Positions 18,581 to 28,555 of a stretch of 52,833 bases of DNA are shown one piece after another. Below the pieces are notes generated by a model. It searched no databases. It was not told the origin of the DNA and saw nothing but the letters and a program-made list of their open reading frames with translations. Position 1 is the stretch's first letter. Each line of letters opens with the position of its first letter. Source of the DNA: a virus (taxonomy: Duplodnaviria > Caudoviricetes); the IMG/VR virus record IMGVR_UViG_3300034993_000256, positions 1 to 52,833 of that record. The stretch is one strand, 5' to 3'. Both the position numbers and the translations under genes were made by a program.

Positions 18581-19008
18581 TGGTCGTTGGCAATGTTAAA
18601 GTTGATGTTCGTCTCGACAAACGGGCGCTCGATCGCGAACTCATGGACCGCAGTGGCGCCGTTGGCTTCGTCATTGCCGGGTTCGCGGGGAACGTGACGA
18701 AAGAGATCAAAGCTGTCTTCAGAGAGCGGGCGGGTGGTGCCTGGTGGCCAGTTGCGTCAACAGTACGACGTGGTACACGAGGTACTCATCTGACCGTTAC
18801 CATCAAGAAGTCCAAAGCGCACCGTATCGTCGTCAAGAACGTATCGCAACTCACGTTCTTCTGGGAACGTGAAGGGCGGATGTTCTACGGGCCGTCGGTC
18901 AATCACCCAGGTTCCTCACCACCTGAGAACCTGATACAATCCGGCATCGAGAGGGCAAGTCGTCGTCTCACGTTTACCAGGGCCGCGCCGCGAGTGCGAT
19001 CCGATTGA
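18580..19008 (+). CDS. tail completion/neck protein
   Basis: Basic protein with VNHPG motif; ATG 18580 overlaps the upstream TGA. Confidence 0.65.
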   Translation: MVVGNVKVDVRLDKRALDRELMDRSGAVGFVIAGFAGNVTKEIKAVFRERAGGAWWPVASTVRRGTRGTHLTVTIKKSKAHRIVVKNVSQLTFFWEREGRMFYGPSVNHPGSSPPENLIQSGIERASRRLTFTRAAPRVRSD

Positions 19009-19020
19009 CTGGAGGGTCAT

Positions 19021-19353
19021 ATGGCGAAGGATTTCACTACCAAGCAGCGTGAACGACAGAGTGTTGAGTTCACACTCGACGGCGAGACGTTTACGTTCAC
19101 TTCACCCAAGCGAGCTGAGTTGATCATGAGTGCGATCACCACGGTCGGTCTCGACAAGACATCAACCGATGGCGACAGCGTCAGAGACCTTCTCAACTGG
19201 TTGGGTGAGGGCCTCGGTGATGAACAGGCTGAACGTATTCTCGGTCGACTCCGTGATCCAGAGGATGACTTCGACCTCGATCAGGTCAACGAGATCGCTC
19301 GCTTTCTTCTGGGGCAGTCCAGTAACCGCCCTACGAGGCGGCGACTCGGCTGA
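19021..19353 (+). CDS. tail assembly chaperone (gpG-like)
   Basis: GGAGG RBS; FTLDGETF; ends NRPTRRRLG; just upstream of the tape measure gene. Confidence 0.85.
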   Translation: MAKDFTTKQRERQSVEFTLDGETFTFTSPKRAELIMSAITTVGLDKTSTDGDSVRDLLNWLGEGLGDEQAERILGRLRDPEDDFDLDQVNEIARFLLGQSSNRPTRRRLG

Positions 19354-19604
19354 TCTGGGTTGCTGCTGGTGATGACTTCGATGGGTGGGCGACTGCCCGT
19401 CGGATCAAGGTTTGGCGGATGCCAATACGTCAGGCACTCAACGTCACGTGGCACTATCTGACGGACGGCGCCCCTAAGAAGGCAGTCGATAAGTTGAAGA
19501 TAGATCTTATACGACCATTGCCGGGGATGGCTGAGCAGGTTTCTGACGAGGTAGTATCAAACGAGCTTGACATGTTCAGGACGGCACTTGGTAAAGGACT
19601 CTGA
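19326..19604 (+). CDS. tail assembly chaperone -1 frame extension (gpT-like)
   Basis: The -1 frame is open from 19326 (after TAA 19323-25): PPYEAATRLIWVAAGDDFDGWA...LGKGL; its stop overlaps the tape measure ATG. Confidence 0.7.
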   Translation, partial: PPYEAATRLIWVAAGDDFDGWATARRIKVWRMPIRQALNVTWHYLTDGAPKKAVDKLKIDLIRPLPGMAEQVSDEVVSNELDMFRTALGKGL

Positions 19605-22600
19605 TGGCCACCAAGATCGGTGACCTGTACTTTAACGTTAGCGCTGACACTAGTGCTGTTAATCGGGCGATCGCTGGCATCGGACTTGCAGCGACTGCGG
19701 CGGCTGCGATTATCGCGACAGAATTGGTCAGTGCCGGCGTCAAGTTCAATACTGAGATACAGCGAACTACGGCCCTGTTCTCAGCTCTCACAGGTTCCGT
19801 CGAGGTTGCTCGCGACACGATGCGCGAGTTCGCTGGCTTGTCACTTGATAGTCCGATCTTTGATGCGAAGACCTTGGCACGGGCCGCCCAACTGTTACTC
19901 ACGTTCGATGTCGCGCAGAAGTACGTGGGCGAGCTTGCCGAGAATATTACCCTCGCTTCGGTGGCACTCGGTAAAGGGACGCAGGGAGCGACTCAGTTGG
20001 CTCGAGCGATCGGTCAGATCCAAGGTCGCGGGTGGCTTGAAGGTGACGAAGCACGTCAGCTCTCAGAAGTTGGCATCAATGCGTACGCAGTGATCGCCGA
20101 GGCTATCGGGAAGACGACCGGTGAGGTGATGGAACTCGGCCGGCAGAATCTGCTGCTCGCGGAAGACGTCATCCCCATCCTGAACGATCATCTCCGTGAG
20201 ACATTTGGCGAAGTTGCTCCGCAACTTCTTAACACGTTCGGTGTGCAGGTCCAGGGCCTCGGGAACATCTTCAAAGCGCTCGGTAGCGCCATCGTCGAGC
20301 CGTTCATCGGATCATTTAGCGGTGGGGCACTGACCACGGCGATCGGTGATATCCGAGAGGGTCTACGAGGCCTCGTAACCGAAGGTGAGGACGGTCTCTT
20401 CGAACTCGCGGGTGCACTCGAGCCGTTCAATGATCTTTTTCAGTCGATGGCTGACTCAGTTGGGAGAGTAGCTGAGAAGTTCTCAGGGTGGTTGAGTGGT
20501 GCTACTGCCGGTGACTCGCTGGAAGGTGTCGTCGCTGGTTTATCCGTATTCGGTTCTGAAGTTAGCGATGCACTCTCAGGAGCCGTAGATCTCGTCCAAG
20601 ATGTGTTCGCAAGTCTTCAACCAGTATTCCCGGCCATCGGTATGTTTCTCGGTTCACTCTACGAACTCGCCCGGGATGCTCTTCCGATCGTCGCAGATGG
20701 CATTCGAGAGCTCGCCGACATTATCGGCATCATCGCGCCAGATGTTCTCAAGGCTGGTGCCGCATTCGTTGTTGTATTCGGACCTGTTCTCCTTGCAACT
20801 CTTAATGCGACGGTGCTGGCTATCGGACTCGTTGCTGACGTACTAGAGATCATCGATGGTGTTGCTCCCGTTGCCGCTGTTGCTATTGGTCTTCTTACCA
20901 CTGCACTTATTGCTTTCAATGCGCAGGCTGCGATCGCTTCGGGTATCGGCGGAGCAAACGTACTTCGTAGTGTCTTCGTTAGTCTTTCGTTCCAAGCTAG
21001 CGCAGCTGGGGCAGCACTTGCAGGAGTGACTCCGAGACTTGCTGCGTTTGCTACTACTGTATCCCGTCTAGCGGGTCCGCTCGCACTAGCTGCCACAGCT
21101 GTTGGTGCGTGGACTGCAGCTATGAGGGGGGCCCAAGGCGACATCGACTGGCTGTACCGGGAAGTTTCCTTGCTTGAAAAACCATTCCAAGCCCTTGCCC
21201 GCGGTGTTTACGAATTGTTTGGCGGTACCAAACAGTTCGAGACGTGGTCCCGTGAGGTTGCGGAGGCATCGAGTGCGCTATTTGCGGAATTGTCCGCAGG
21301 CTCACCCACGTTCGAGGAATTCAGTACTCGCGCTGATGAAATGCGACAGTCGCTATTGGAACTCGCCGCGCAGTACGAGCAATTGCCGTCAGGCGACATT
21401 CGCTCTGGGCTGCTTGATGGTATTGATCAGCAACTGACCGCACTCAACCAGGTCGAGATTGACAGCGTCCGCGAGGAAGTGGACAGGCTACTGCCCGCAC
21501 TTCAGCAGGGTATTGACACACTTGAGGAATTTGACATCCTCCTTAGCGGACTCTCACTTGACCCCGGATTGAAGGAAGCCCTTCGTACGGAATTTGCTGA
21601 CTTCCTTCTTAACGAAGAGGAACTTGCGCGAGCTCGTGCGATGGTCGAAGTCATCGATGCAATCAATAGTCTTATTGCTGATGCGCCAACTGGGACCGGC
21701 GGTTGGTTGGGTGTGATGCACGAAATGAAGGATCTGTTGGACGACTTCGCCGCAAGGGAAGTCAAGCCGATTCGATTGTCAAGTGGGCAGATCATAGAGA
21801 TTCCGATCGACATGATCAAAGATGCCACCGATCTGATCAAGGTACTTGAGACCGTCGCAGACGACGCTGCGCAATCACTCGCTGAACTCCTCACACCGCC
21901 GCCAGGAGCAAGCATTGATACGTTCCTCCAATCGCTCATCGGCCTCGCCACGGACGTTACTGAAGCAATGCAATCACCTGCCGGAGTGCTCGCTGATCTC
22001 GACTTCCGCGTCGCCGAAGAATCTGTCAGGCAACAAGCCCGCGAATTGGTTTCTGCCCTCGTTGATGAGTACGGTTTGTCTCTCAAAGAGATCGAAGATC
22101 TTCTAAATGATCAAGGACTTGCCGGTGTCATCGAGGCGCTCGGCCTGGTTACAGAGCAAACAACGGATACTGTCGATCCGCTGATTGCGAAGTATGGCGA
22201 ACTTGGTGCAAGTGCAGATCTGATTCGCGAAGCAATCAGCAAGCTTGAAGATCAGCGGACGACAAGACTTCGGGCCCAGATCGATCAGGTCCAGGCCGCA
22301 TTACGCGATGCTACTGCCGCCGCAGATGAGGCGCGCAAGGCCTTCGATGAGTTCTTCCTTGGCGGGACGGGCGGATTGCAAGGTGCCATTGACAAACTCG
22401 TGCTCGACGTCCCAGGGATCGGCGACGACATTGAGGAAGGCCTCCTTAGGGGAGGTCCGCAGGGTGAGGCGATGGTCCGCCAGGCACTTGGGCAGGCAGG
22501 TCAGAGTCTTGGATCAATCTTCCAACTCGGCCTGGAGCAGGGACTTAGTCCGGAAGAGATTATCACACTCCTCGAGCCCGTCTATGGTTCGATCAGTCAA

Positions 22601-23404
22601 GAACTCGGTGAGGCACTCAATCGCATCAGCACACTTGATTGGACGTCCGGTTTCACGCCAGCAGCGGCTGCTGAGATTCAGGGTTGGTTCGCCGGTATCC
22701 TTGACCCTGCTCAGATTGGTGCTTTGTTCGCAGGTATCACCGGCGCTGACTCTCAAGTAGCGGGACTCCAGGCGCAACTCGATGCGCTCCAGGCAGAGAT
22801 GCAACTTGATGTCGAATTCAGTCCTGAGCAGGTCCAAGCTGCGATTGATGAGATTCAAGCTGAAGTCGCAACTACAGCGATCATCACGCCAGAGGCTGCT
22901 CAGGCTGTTTACGACGCTATTCAGGATGTTCTTGATTCTGATGAACTTCTTACCTCAATCGACAAGAAGAACACCACGCAGCAGATCGTCGATGCTGCAA
23001 AGGATGCTGAGAATCAAATCACTCTCGATCTCAACAGTCAACTGGTGTTCGACCCGGTAGCGCTCGATGCGATGGCGCAGATCGTTGGCGCTGAATTCGC
23101 AGAGATCTTCCGGACGCAGATGATCATGAGCCTCGGCGGAGTTATCAGCCCGGAAGGTGCGCCTAATCCGGGCGCCGGTCCGACGTTGGAAGATTTCATC
23201 AATCGCGGCGTGCAACTCGGTATCATTTCACCAGAAGCCGGCACGCAGGTCCTGATTGACAACGACATCACGATCAACGAGTCTGGTAGTCCGCGGCAGA
23301 CAGCCAGTGAAGTGGTAGCAGCTTCGAGTGCGGCAGCCGGGAGCGGCGGTCGGTATGACCCGTCACGTTACAGCGGGTATCGACCCATTCAAGGACCGCG
23401 CTGA
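19604..23404 (+). CDS. tape measure protein
   Basis: 1266 aa, helical, Ala/Gly/Leu-rich; tape-measure domain (AIGQIQGRG.L.GDE.RQL.E.GI); hydrophobic central segment. Confidence 0.93.
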   Translation: MATKIGDLYFNVSADTSAVNRAIAGIGLAATAAAAIIATELVSAGVKFNTEIQRTTALFSALTGSVEVARDTMREFAGLSLDSPIFDAKTLARAAQLLLTFDVAQKYVGELAENITLASVALGKGTQGATQLARAIGQIQGRGWLEGDEARQLSEVGINAYAVIAEAIGKTTGEVMELGRQNLLLAEDVIPILNDHLRETFGEVAPQLLNTFGVQVQGLGNIFKALGSAIVEPFIGSFSGGALTTAIGDIREGLRGLVTEGEDGLFELAGALEPFNDLFQSMADSVGRVAEKFSGWLSGATAGDSLEGVVAGLSVFGSEVSDALSGAVDLVQDVFASLQPVFPAIGMFLGSLYELARDALPIVADGIRELADIIGIIAPDVLKAGAAFVVVFGPVLLATLNATVLAIGLVADVLEIIDGVAPVAAVAIGLLTTALIAFNAQAAIASGIGGANVLRSVFVSLSFQASAAGAALAGVTPRLAAFATTVSRLAGPLALAATAVGAWTAAMRGAQGDIDWLYREVSLLEKPFQALARGVYELFGGTKQFETWSREVAEASSALFAELSAGSPTFEEFSTRADEMRQSLLELAAQYEQLPSGDIRSGLLDGIDQQLTALNQVEIDSVREEVDRLLPALQQGIDTLEEFDILLSGLSLDPGLKEALRTEFADFLLNEEELARARAMVEVIDAINSLIADAPTGTGGWLGVMHEMKDLLDDFAAREVKPIRLSSGQIIEIPIDMIKDATDLIKVLETVADDAAQSLAELLTPPPGASIDTFLQSLIGLATDVTEAMQSPAGVLADLDFRVAEESVRQQARELVSALVDEYGLSLKEIEDLLNDQGLAGVIEALGLVTEQTTDTVDPLIAKYGELGASADLIREAISKLEDQRTTRLRAQIDQVQAALRDATAAADEARKAFDEFFLGGTGGLQGAIDKLVLDVPGIGDDIEEGLLRGGPQGEAMVRQALGQAGQSLGSIFQLGLEQGLSPEEIITLLEPVYGSISQELGEALNRISTLDWTSGFTPAAAAEIQGWFAGILDPAQIGALFAGITGADSQVAGLQAQLDALQAEMQLDVEFSPEQVQAAIDEIQAEVATTAIITPEAAQAVYDAIQDVLDSDELLTSIDKKNTTQQIVDAAKDAENQITLDLNSQLVFDPVALDAMAQIVGAEFAEIFRTQMIMSLGGVISPEGAPNPGAGPTLEDFINRGVQLGIISPEAGTQVLIDNDITINESGSPRQTASEVVAASSAAAGSGGRYDPSRYSGYRPIQGPR

Positions 23405-23910
23405 TGCCGCTCCTGCATAACGCACGTGATGGGATACTCACCGTCAGTGCCATTTCCATGAACCCGGCCAACGGGGCATGGGGTGTCATTGGTGATGAGC
23501 GCGGCGAGGGCGGTCTCATCCCTCTATGGACCGACTTTGATGTTCGCGGTCAGGATCGTATTCTTCCGTCGGCGACGGGCGTTATCGCGTACCCACGACG
23601 GATGACCGTAACTCGTCATGACTTACGGTTGCTTGTTGTCGGCGATATCATCGGCTCAACGAGTGTCCCTGAAACAGACACAGATGAGGGATTGGAAGTC
23701 AACCTCGAATACCTCCGTGCAAATGTATTCGCGCCGGTTGTCTCTGCAACCGGCACCCGAGCAGCAACTATCGGTATGCCGAGTGGTGCTACCCGATCGG
23801 CGAACATTCACGTTCTCGGTGTGAAGACGCAATCGTACGGATTTGGAGAGTGCGGTGCTATCTGGGTTGGCACACTCCAGATCAGCATCCCTGCCGGGCG
23901 ATTCGTATGA
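23404..23910 (+). CDS. minor tail protein (distal tail-like)
   Basis: First gene after the tape measure; RGQDRILPSATG; ends IPAGRF. Confidence 0.7.
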   Translation: MPLLHNARDGILTVSAISMNPANGAWGVIGDERGEGGLIPLWTDFDVRGQDRILPSATGVIAYPRRMTVTRHDLRLLVVGDIIGSTSVPETDTDEGLEVNLEYLRANVFAPVVSATGTRAATIGMPSGATRSANIHVLGVKTQSYGFGECGAIWVGTLQISIPAGRFV

Positions 23911-26639
23911 CAAATGAACGTGCTACTGGCGGCACTCTCACAATTGATACGCCGACCCTAGTCGAACATCAATTTACGGCTAATGGGTCCTTTGCACTTA
24001 TGGCTGTAGGCACTCTTAACGTGTCGTATCTTGTAATCGCTGGAGGTGGCGGTGGAGGTGCTCGTCGTGCCGGCGGCGGCGGTGGTGGTGGTGAAGCTGT
24101 ACCCGGGACAACGTCAGTAATATCCACGCAAGCAGCCGTGATCGGTGGTGGTGGAGCTGGTGGAATTGGTAGCGCAGAAGGAACACGAAATGGGTCGCCG
24201 GGGCAGAACTCATCATTTGCGGGTACTACAGCGTCTGGTGGGGGATACGGGGCAGGCGGCGGTAACTCACCCGGCCCTGACCCTGGAGGAAATGGCGGTT
24301 CTGGCGGTGGAGGTGGCGCGACCGACACTGTCGTAACGTCACTCGGTGGTGTTGGTGAAGATGGTGGCGATGGCGGTACTGGAAATGGAAATACTAACGG
24401 TTTACTTGGTGGTGGTGGTGGTGGTGGCGGTGCATCTGGCACAAATGGTGTCAATGCATCCGTTAGCACTGGTGGTAATGGCGGAATTGGGTACCTTTGG
24501 TTGAATGGATCTCGTTATGGCGGTGGCGGTGGAGGTGGGGCAGGTAACGGCGGTGGTACTGGTACGCCAGGCACAGGTGGGACAGGCGGCGGCGGTAACG
24601 GAGTAGCTAGTGGCACAGGTGTATCTGGTGCGGTGAATACAGGTGGCGGCGGCGGCGGCACGTCGTCGGCAGCAAACTCTGCTGGTGCTGGTGGCTCGGG
24701 TACGGTATTCGTTAGATATAACCCAGCAGCTGATTGGACGCCTGCGCCGCCAAATAGAAAGATCACGGCGCAATTGCTTGACTACGATGGAACTCCCGTG
24801 AGTGGGACGCCGCTCGTAAATGCATTCGGTGTTTCATTCTACGACGAAGAGAATGGGCCTGGACGTGGTCAAGTGTCGCTATCACTGTCTGAGGCAGGTA
24901 GTGCTGATCTTCTTCCTGGTCGTTACATTAATTGCCTTGTTGAGGGCACGGTTCGATTCACATTCAAGATTGAGGGTAAACCACAATACAACGTGATTGA
25001 GCGTGGTGAAGAGCATGATCAGATCGTGTCCGTCTCTGGTCGTGGATGGGCGTGCATCATGGATGATGCGATTACCTACCCAGAATATGACCTTAAGTTC
25101 ATGATCGGGACGACATGGCGCTTGTTCAGTTTCGCAAGTCCGTCATACCCGGGTGCAGGTGCGTGGCCGGCCGCGACTGCGTATCAAGAATATCTTGACG
25201 GTGTTACGACGATGGACTGTTATGGACACGCACAGATCGCGCCAGATGGTATATGGTACCCCGCACCAATCGGATTCCCGTGGACAACGAACTCATTCAA
25301 CTTAGTTGGCGGCGTCCCGACAGCTAATTACGCTGACACATTCTGGATCAGACCCGATTCTTCAGTTATGCCCACTTTCAATGATCCCGGATATTACTTC
25401 TTCAGGGGCGAATTCACGCTGAGTGCGGGAGCGCCAGTGACGTTCACTGTCACTGGAGACAACTTCTTCACACTATTCATCGAGGGGGTACCGATCCTCG
25501 GTGAAGAGATCCTCAATGGTGATGCATGGATCTGGCAGGGCTGGAAAGAACAAACGATTTGGTTGCCGGCAGGAACATTTACGGTAGCTGCTGCTGTCTA
25601 TAACGTCAGTTACGCCGACCTTGGTGACGGATCAGCCATCTTCTGGCCACCATGCCCAGCTGAGAGTTTCGCTGGTGGCGCTACATTTGGTAGTCCCGGC
25701 GGACTCATATTCGCCGCGTACGTCGAAGGTGATGCTTTCTTCACACCACCTGGGTATGTCTATACATCAGACAGTAGTTGGGACAGCTGGTATGAGCTTG
25801 ACACCTGGCCAGGATGGACGCCAGGGGAGATCATTCAGAAACTCATTGACGAAGCGACAGCTCGCGGAGCGATGACGATCTATAACTCGAACACATTTAC
25901 CGCCCCAAATGACTCCAATAGCGACGCATGGCGTCCAGCGATTGTAAGCGTCACAAGACCTGACCTCCCAACATTCGCAGTTGAGGTTTGGTCTACCCTC
26001 ATGAACGCACTCGAAGAACTTGATGCGCAGGGATGGATCAATTGGCATGTCCGGCCTGGGACATGGATACTAGACGTGATGCGCGGTCGGGCTCCTGCGA
26101 GTCCAACATCGCTCGCGACATTTGCGGCCGGCACAAATCTCGTGGCTTTCGAGCGGAGTGCAACAGCACCGTATGCCAATGTACTTATGGTGCAATGGGA
26201 AGGCGGTTACGTCGTTGTTGAAGATGCGGCCGCGATTACAGCGTACGGTACGCGCGTCGAAGATGGTTACTCAACTGATGCCCCTTCTGAGGAAGAGGCT
26301 ATTCTCCAAGGTGAGAATGAACTCTTACGTCGTGCCCAGAGTCAATACCCCGCTATTGTTGCCGTAGTTGAACCTACTTCGGTGGCAGATTGTCCGTATG
26401 AAGCATTCGAGACTGGCGACTACGTCACAGTGCCCGCGTTCGGCGGCGGAACTGAGGTCGTCAGAGTCCTCAGCATCCAGTGTACCCAAGATGATGATCC
26501 ACAGTCGGGGACGTTCGGGTACGCGATCTGGACACTCGAACTCAATAACAAGCTCGATGTCCCAGAGCGGAAGACGACTCGCCTTCTCCAACAACTTGGT
26601 GGGAGAAACCAGGTTGTGCGCGGTTCGGTGCAGTCGTGA
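23907..26639 (+). CDS. large minor tail protein (Gly-rich N-terminus fused to hub-like domains)
   Basis: ATG 23907 (ATGA overlap); ~270-aa Gly-rich domain, then hub-like region, beta-sandwich insert (YYFFRGEF...GDNFF) and C-terminal GDYVTV motif. Confidence 0.8.
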   Translation: MTNERATGGTLTIDTPTLVEHQFTANGSFALMAVGTLNVSYLVIAGGGGGGARRAGGGGGGGEAVPGTTSVISTQAAVIGGGGAGGIGSAEGTRNGSPGQNSSFAGTTASGGGYGAGGGNSPGPDPGGNGGSGGGGGATDTVVTSLGGVGEDGGDGGTGNGNTNGLLGGGGGGGGASGTNGVNASVSTGGNGGIGYLWLNGSRYGGGGGGGAGNGGGTGTPGTGGTGGGGNGVASGTGVSGAVNTGGGGGGTSSAANSAGAGGSGTVFVRYNPAADWTPAPPNRKITAQLLDYDGTPVSGTPLVNAFGVSFYDEENGPGRGQVSLSLSEAGSADLLPGRYINCLVEGTVRFTFKIEGKPQYNVIERGEEHDQIVSVSGRGWACIMDDAITYPEYDLKFMIGTTWRLFSFASPSYPGAGAWPAATAYQEYLDGVTTMDCYGHAQIAPDGIWYPAPIGFPWTTNSFNLVGGVPTANYADTFWIRPDSSVMPTFNDPGYYFFRGEFTLSAGAPVTFTVTGDNFFTLFIEGVPILGEEILNGDAWIWQGWKEQTIWLPAGTFTVAAAVYNVSYADLGDGSAIFWPPCPAESFAGGATFGSPGGLIFAAYVEGDAFFTPPGYVYTSDSSWDSWYELDTWPGWTPGEIIQKLIDEATARGAMTIYNSNTFTAPNDSNSDAWRPAIVSVTRPDLPTFAVEVWSTLMNALEELDAQGWINWHVRPGTWILDVMRGRAPASPTSLATFAAGTNLVAFERSATAPYANVLMVQWEGGYVVVEDAAAITAYGTRVEDGYSTDAPSEEEAILQGENELLRRAQSQYPAIVAVVEPTSVADCPYEAFETGDYVTVPAFGGGTEVVRVLSIQCTQDDDPQSGTFGYAIWTLELNNKLDVPERKTTRLLQQLGGRNQVVRGSVQS

Positions 26640-27823
26640 GTCAAACTCGGAACTTACGCCCGCTTGACCCGATCTTCAATCCGTCTAAGAGATTGGGTGC
26701 GATCAGTACAGGCAATACTCCTGGAGATGGAGGTAATGACTTTCGGTTGGATTTACCGCGATTCTTCCGTCCTGGAACACTGAATACGACATGGGATTCG
26801 ACAGTATGGAATAGCGAAGGAGCGACGACGTGGACGCAATGCGTTGTTGATTTCCCATCCGGGACGACAGGTGACGCTGCGATCGACTTCGACATCTTGG
26901 TCAATGGAGTCATCATCGAGTCACTGACCCTAGGGTCAGCAATCGATCAGATCGAGTTTGACATCTTGGTAACGGTCTTTCGTAATGATAAGATTACTAT
27001 TGAGATTACTGACGATGGTGGTGGAACCACAACTGATATAGCATTTTGTCTTCGGTACGCCATACCGCCAGAACCACCGCCAGGACCTGATCCAGACGAT
27101 TTGTTCGTCTGGTACGACGGCGCGGACCTAGCGACGATCACGGAATCCGGCGGGCTGGTTACCGTCTGGGGCGATAAGGGTCCTGACTCAATCGACGTCA
27201 CTGCGACCGGCGGACTTCGCCCCGGCATCGGAGGTGACAACCTCAATGGCTTGACGACGATGACGTTCAATGGGTCACAAGCATTCCAGGCCCCCGGCGG
27301 CACTACCCCCGATCTCGCCAAGTGGGCGTTTCTCAATGATGAGACGCCGCATCTCATCATGTGTGTTCTCAAGTTAACCGCGACGACCGGCAACGAACGG
27401 ATGCCATTCTCCAACATAAACTCGGTTAACGGCATCGGGACCTTCTTTATTGACAACCGGGCTGATACGAAAGTTTGGCACGTCGTCGGTAACGGATCGG
27501 GCGGGAATGAGCCAGTGTCGAACCTTTCGGCGGCAGGCGCACTCACACCGAATCAATGGGCGATCCTCGCAATTCGATCGCCGGGAGGAGCTGGCGGGGC
27601 TGCGTCACGGTCCAGTATTCGTATCGACAATGGCAGCGCGATCGCCAACAATACGCAATCGACTAGTTATACGTCGTCCAATCCGACTTTCGCCCTCTGG
27701 ATCGGGGATGCCCCCAATACGAACTTTGGTTGGGAGGGGTCGATCGCTGAGCTGATCTTCGCTAACGACGTAGACCTTGAAGCATCACTCTACGATTACC
27801 TTGCATACAAGTGGGGCTTGTAA
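26636..27823 (+). CDS. tail/receptor-binding protein with LamG/ConA-like domain
   Basis: Pro linker then WYDGAD, V.VWGDK, F.G, WEGSIAELI and YL.YKWG. Confidence 0.75.
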   Translation: MSQTRNLRPLDPIFNPSKRLGAISTGNTPGDGGNDFRLDLPRFFRPGTLNTTWDSTVWNSEGATTWTQCVVDFPSGTTGDAAIDFDILVNGVIIESLTLGSAIDQIEFDILVTVFRNDKITIEITDDGGGTTTDIAFCLRYAIPPEPPPGPDPDDLFVWYDGADLATITESGGLVTVWGDKGPDSIDVTATGGLRPGIGGDNLNGLTTMTFNGSQAFQAPGGTTPDLAKWAFLNDETPHLIMCVLKLTATTGNERMPFSNINSVNGIGTFFIDNRADTKVWHVVGNGSGGNEPVSNLSAAGALTPNQWAILAIRSPGGAGGAASRSSIRIDNGSAIANNTQSTSYTSSNPTFALWIGDAPNTNFGWEGSIAELIFANDVDLEASLYDYLAYKWGL

Positions 27824-27825
27824 TT

Positions 27826-28551
27826 ATGACTCTTTACCCGAATGGCTACGGCACCCAGATGGTGTCGTTGGCGCGGATGCGCGAGATTCACGAACTGAAG
27901 ATGCACCCGGAGTATGCCCGGCGACTGTTCCCGTATCTGGAGCACCGCGGCGGCCTGCTTGGCATCGGTGGTGGCTGGCGGTCGACGCAGCCGACACTGC
28001 CGGGCTTTGCGCCCGACGGCAAGTCGTTCCATCAAACGCAACAGTGGGCGTCGGGATTCGCCGGGTACGCTGCAGTCGATCTCGTCGCCGTGAACACGAC
28101 CGCCGTGATGGTCCTCACTCATCGCGCGCCGACATGGGCGGAGACCGAGGACGCTCCCGAGTGGGGGTTGCACACGTTCATCAAGATCCCGCCCGAGCCG
28201 TGGCACATGCAGCCTATTGAGATCCGCGGTTGGCAGACTTGGGTGAACGCCGGCAGCCCTGATCCGATTGCTAATATTCCGCTACCAAATGACCCACCGC
28301 CCGACGAGGAGGACGAAATGTCCAAGCCCATCACAGTCCATAAGCCGAAGCCCGGTTGGCAGACCGGCTACGACAACGGCAACGGTCCGGCGACGTTCAT
28401 CCGCTACGGCTCCGGGACGTTGGCGCGCGCCGTTGGTGCCGACGAGCAGGTGGCGGTCAACCTGGGGGCTGAGGTACATCCTTATGACTCGATCGACTGG
28501 TACAATGACATGTTGCGCCAGTCGGGGTCGACGCTGCCGGTGATGGTGTAA
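27826..28551 (+). CDS. endolysin, M15-family Zn peptidase
   Basis: GWRS, SFH, AVD and EPWH Zn-peptidase motifs; Pro/acidic linker and short C-terminal domain. Confidence 0.8.
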   Translation: MTLYPNGYGTQMVSLARMREIHELKMHPEYARRLFPYLEHRGGLLGIGGGWRSTQPTLPGFAPDGKSFHQTQQWASGFAGYAAVDLVAVNTTAVMVLTHRAPTWAETEDAPEWGLHTFIKIPPEPWHMQPIEIRGWQTWVNAGSPDPIANIPLPNDPPPDEEDEMSKPITVHKPKPGWQTGYDNGNGPATFIRYGSGTLARAVGADEQVAVNLGAEVHPYDSIDWYNDMLRQSGSTLPVMV

Positions 28552-28555
28552 TGGG

